Positions 60,475 to 64,000 of a DNA stretch of 64,000 nt are shown here, piece after piece. The notes beneath the pieces were generated by a model. It was not told where the DNA came from, made no database searches, and saw only the letters and a list, made by a program, of their open reading frames with translations. Each line of letters starts with the position of its first letter. Within the stretch, counting starts at the first letter, position 1. A program made the position numbers and the translations under genes. The DNA lies in assembly GCA_963817785.1 (NCBI GenBank), contig CAWFPL010000008.1:172113-236112 (forward strand), written 5' to 3'. The DNA comes from an uncultured Pseudomonadota bacterium. GTDB taxonomy: Bacteria; Pseudomonadota; Gammaproteobacteria; Burkholderiales; SG8-39.

Positions 60475-61880
60475 GTTGACGCCCTTCCGGGTCCTCATAG
60501 CCAATCGCGATGAAATCGCCATGTGCATCATGCGGGCTTGCCGCTCGCTCGGAATCGATACAGCGCTGGCCGTCTCGCAGGCCGACCGCGACAGCCAGCC
60601 TCCCGGCCCGCAGGCAGCACAGTGCATATCGGCCCGGCGAGCCCGGGTGAGAGTACTTTGAATTTCAAGGCGATCATTGCCACCGCCCAGGGTATGCACC
60701 CGGACGCCGTACATCCCGGTTGCGGATTCCTGGCCGAATCCCCGCAGTTTGCCCAAGCTTGCACCGCGTAGGGAATCACGTTCGTGGGACCGAGGCCCAA
60801 GCAGATCCGTCAGATGAGCAACAAGCTGCAGGCGCCCACCCCTGCCCTGCAGTATGGCGTCCCAACGCTTCCCGGATCGGCGAAAGTGAATTCCTACGAG
60901 GAAGGCGCCGCGGTCGCCAAGCAGATTGGTTTCCCCGTCATGTTGAAAGCGGCCGCTGGCAGCGGCCGCGGTAAGAAAATCGTGCGCTATCCCGACGAAA
61001 TGCGGCCGATGTTCGCCTCGGCCGCTGCAGAGGCGCGCACCGCATTCAAGGACGACACGTTCTGTGTCGAGCGCTTCATCCCGAGCACACCAAACATCGA
61101 GGTGCAGGTGCCCGGCGATCGCTTCGGGCATATCGTGCACCCGGGCGCACGCGACTGCTCGCGGCAGCGGCATCATCAGAAGCTGATCGAGGAATCCCCG
61201 GCATCGGGTATCAGCGAGGTCCTGTGCGAAGAAATCCGGCACACCGCCGTGACATTCACAAGAAGGATCAGGCACGAGAACGCAGGCACCATGGAGTTCA
61301 TCGTCGATCAGGACGCCGGTGGCTTCTATTTCCTGGAATTAAATACCCGTATCCCGCTCGAGCATCCGGTCACCCAGGCAGTCACCGGGGTGGACCTCGT
61401 TCTCAGGAACAGCTGCGCATGGCGAGGGGCGAGCCGCTGCGGTTTTACTAAACCGAGCTGTTCCTGCGCGGCCATGCGGTCGAACGTCGCATCAATGCCG
61501 AGTTGCCGCACGAGGGATTTCGTGCCCGACCCGGGCCGGATCGTGCAGTGGTCTCTGCCTGAAGGCCCTAACATCCGGGTCGACTCCCATGGCTATGCCG
61601 GCTACAACGTCCCGATGTTCTATGACTCGATGCTCGGAAAGCTCATCGTCTACCGGTTCAACCGCGCCGAGCAGTTGAACCAAGGCGGCGTGCGCTCGAG
61701 CAGTTCTCGATCGAGGGCGTCGGTACGACCATCGATTTCCTGCGCTTCGTCATGGCCCATCGCGAGTTTGCCGACGGCAAAGTCAACACCTACCTCGTGA
61801 AAGACCTGATCTCGCAGATGCTAAAAGCAGAGCAGGCAGGCACGCAGACGGGTGAAGACGCGATCCGGAAGTCCCCATGA
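60475..61880 (+). pseudogene. accC: Biotin carboxylase, multiply frameshifted
   Basis: [20 protein letters not shown] + TAG, LKAAAGSG, RDCSRQR, FLELNTR..EHPVT, FYDSMLGKLIV across frames. Confidence 0.85.
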
Positions 61881-61944
61881 ACTAAAACCGATGCGTTTCA
61901 ATACTGTCCACCTTGATGAATAAGCCCAGGCTAAAGGAGCATCG

Positions 61945-62652
61945 ATGATCAACAAGACCATGGCCACCTGCCTCGAAGCGGTGGCGGGGGTGTTCGACGG
62001 GGCGACCGTCATGATCGGCGGTTTCGGGAGTCCGGGGACTCCGGCTCAACTGGCTGAAGCGCTGCGCGAGCAGGGGGCCACCGATCTCGTTATCGTGAGC
62101 AATGGCGCCGGCAACGACGACTGGGCCCTCGGCGGGCTGATCAAGGACGGACGCGTGCGCAAACTCGTCTGCTCCTTCCCCAACTACCCGACCGCAACGG
62201 CTTTTCGGGATCGCTATCTCAAAGGGAAGCTCGAACTCGAGTTGCTGCCTCAGGGAACGCTGGTCGAACGCATCCGCGCCGCGGGTGCAGGCCTTGGCGG
62301 GTTTTATACGCCTACCGCCGCAGGCACCGAGCTCGCAGCCGGCAAGGAGCTGCGCGTGATCAATGACCGTGAATACGTGTTCGAGGAGCCGTTGCATGCC
62401 GACTTCGCCTTGATCAAGGCACACCGTGGAGACCGCCTCGGGAATCTGAGCTACCGGCTCGCCATGCGAAACTTCAACCTGATCATGGCCACCGCGGCCA
62501 AAGCCGTGATCGCCGAAGTCGATGAAATGCTGCCGGCGGGCGGGATTTCCCCCGAGGAAATCCATACCCCTGGCATTTTCGTCGACCGCGTGGTCAAGGT
62601 TAAGCGCCATCCGCAGCTGTTCATACCTCGCAAGGAGGCGAACGCGTTATGA
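61945..62652 (+). CDS. 3-oxoacid CoA-transferase subunit A
   Basis: DGATVMIGGFG, PQGTLVERIRAAGAG, RNFN. Confidence 0.92.
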   Translation: MINKTMATCLEAVAGVFDGATVMIGGFGSPGTPAQLAEALREQGATDLVIVSNGAGNDDWALGGLIKDGRVRKLVCSFPNYPTATAFRDRYLKGKLELELLPQGTLVERIRAAGAGLGGFYTPTAAGTELAAGKELRVINDREYVFEEPLHADFALIKAHRGDRLGNLSYRLAMRNFNLIMATAAKAVIAEVDEMLPAGGISPEEIHTPGIFVDRVVKVKRHPQLFIPRKEANAL

Positions 62653-63365
62653 GTCTTACCCGAGAAGGCATCGCTTACCGTGTGGCCCGAGACCTGCCCG
62701 AAGGCAGTTACGTCAATCTCGGTGTCGGGATCCCCGTGCTGGTTGCGGCTTATCTGCCGAAGGACCGCGAAATCTTTCTTCACAGTGAAAACGGCATCTT
62801 GGGCGCGGGACCCCAGGCGCGTCCTGGCTCTGAGGATCCGGATCTCATGAACGCCGATAAGCACTATGTCGGGCTGGTTACGGGCGGCAGCGTGTTTGAT
62901 CATGCGCTTTCCTTCACCATGATCCGCGGCGGTCATCTCACCCATGCCGTCATCGGCGCGATTGAGGTGGCAGCAAACGGTGATTTGGCCAACTGGCGAG
63001 TGCCGGGGCACAACGTAGTGCCCGGGGTAGGCGGTGCGATGGACCTCGCCTTCGGGGTGAAGAATGTCCATGTCGCCATGAATCATGTGACCAACAAGGG
63101 GGAGCCGAAAATCGTCGCCCGATGCCGATGTCCGCTCACCGCGCCCCGCTGCGTGAAGTGGATCTACACGGACATGGCTTTGATCGAAGTGATGCCCGAA
63201 GGCCTGGTGCTGCGTGAATTCGCCCCGGGACTCGACCCATCGGCGGTTCAGGCCCGCACCGGCGTGCCGCTGCGCGTGGCGCAAGACTGTACCGAAATGG
63301 ATATCCCGGCCGCTTTCAACGGCACCACACTCGTCGGACAAAAAGCCGAAGTCCCGGGGCTCTGA
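62649..63365 (+). CDS. 3-oxoacid CoA-transferase subunit B
   Basis: YVNLGVGIP, HSENG catalytic Glu, GGAMDL. Confidence 0.92.
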   Translation: MSLTREGIAYRVARDLPEGSYVNLGVGIPVLVAAYLPKDREIFLHSENGILGAGPQARPGSEDPDLMNADKHYVGLVTGGSVFDHALSFTMIRGGHLTHAVIGAIEVAANGDLANWRVPGHNVVPGVGGAMDLAFGVKNVHVAMNHVTNKGEPKIVARCRCPLTAPRCVKWIYTDMALIEVMPEGLVLREFAPGLDPSAVQARTGVPLRVAQDCTEMDIPAAFNGTTLVGQKAEVPGL

Positions 63366-63412
63366 ACGGGACACCCATCCCCGGTCGGGTCCCGCAACCC
63401 AAGGAGGCCATC

Positions 63413-64000
63413 TTGCTGCAAGCCATCGACATGCATACCCATATCAACACGGGAGACAAAGCCGCCTTCAACTCCACGCAGATGATGAAGGCCGGTGTCC
63501 CGCTCAACATCGGCAAGTACAACCACCACCCGGACGCGATGGCCGAGATGTACCAGAGGCTCAACATGATGGCCGTCATCTTTGACGTCGACGCCGAAAC
63601 GCGCACCGGAGTGAAGATTTCCAATGCCGAAACCGCCGGCTGGGTGAAGAAGTACCCCGACACCTTCATCGGCTTCGGCAGCGTGGATCCCTGGAAAGGC
63701 CCCTCGGCGGTGAAGGAGGTACAAAGCTGCGCCGACCTGGGATTGCGCGGCATGAAGTTCCAGCAGGCCGTCCAGGCATTCCAGCCGACTGGGCTCCGAT
63801 TCTTTCCGATTTACGAAGCGTGCGCGCGCCTCAACCTTCCAGTCATTTTCCACACCGGCACGACAGCCATCTCGGCCGGCACACCGGGCGGCAACGGATT
63901 GCTGCTGGAATATTGCCGGCCCATCCCTTATATTGACGAACTCGCTGCGCGCTATCCGGAGCTGCGCATAATCATGGCGCACCCTGCATGGCCCTGGCAC
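63413..64000 (+). CDS. Amidohydrolase family protein (partial, runs off window)
   Basis: TTG start after AAGGAGG; AIDMHTH, FGSVDP, GMKF, VIFHTG, IIMAHPAWPW. Confidence 0.85.
   Translation, partial: MLQAIDMHTHINTGDKAAFNSTQMMKAGVPLNIGKYNHHPDAMAEMYQRLNMMAVIFDVDAETRTGVKISNAETAGWVKKYPDTFIGFGSVDPWKGPSAVKEVQSCADLGLRGMKFQQAVQAFQPTGLRFFPIYEACARLNLPVIFHTGTTAISAGTPGGNGLLLEYCRPIPYIDELAARYPELRIIMAHPAWPWH

Overview
GC-rich, probably betaproteobacterial accessory region, heavily invaded by mobile DNA. 1-15 kb: a group II intron inserted in front of a cupin/DOPA-dioxygenase/O-methyltransferase block; IS1182, a MITE, an IS630 interrupted by IS1595; then a yggX, DUF971, CCAEP-tail radical SAM, ATP-grasp, 2OG-Fe(II) oxygenase, SagB-like cluster. 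15.4-33.1 kb (most interesting): two diverged, inverted copies of a small (~6.7 kb) integrative element. Each encodes a large serine recombinase whose att core lies inside its own 3' end, a Rep_trans/MOBT-like nickase, four unknown proteins, a 134-nt hairpin and a Tn916/ICEBs1-like nick motif. Similarity between the copies stops at that nick motif, and each copy carries different ~1.4 kb cargo (membrane proteins versus an HTH-HTH-GIY-YIG nuclease). Copy B rep is interrupted by IS21. 33.4-64 kb: a decaying acyl-CoA/biotin-dependent catabolic island (CoA transferases, carboxyltransferases, MmgE/PrpD, ABC transporter, ALDH, GMC oxidoreductase, panD) with many pseudogenes and nested IS. All calls are by eye from sequence motifs; no database searches were run.
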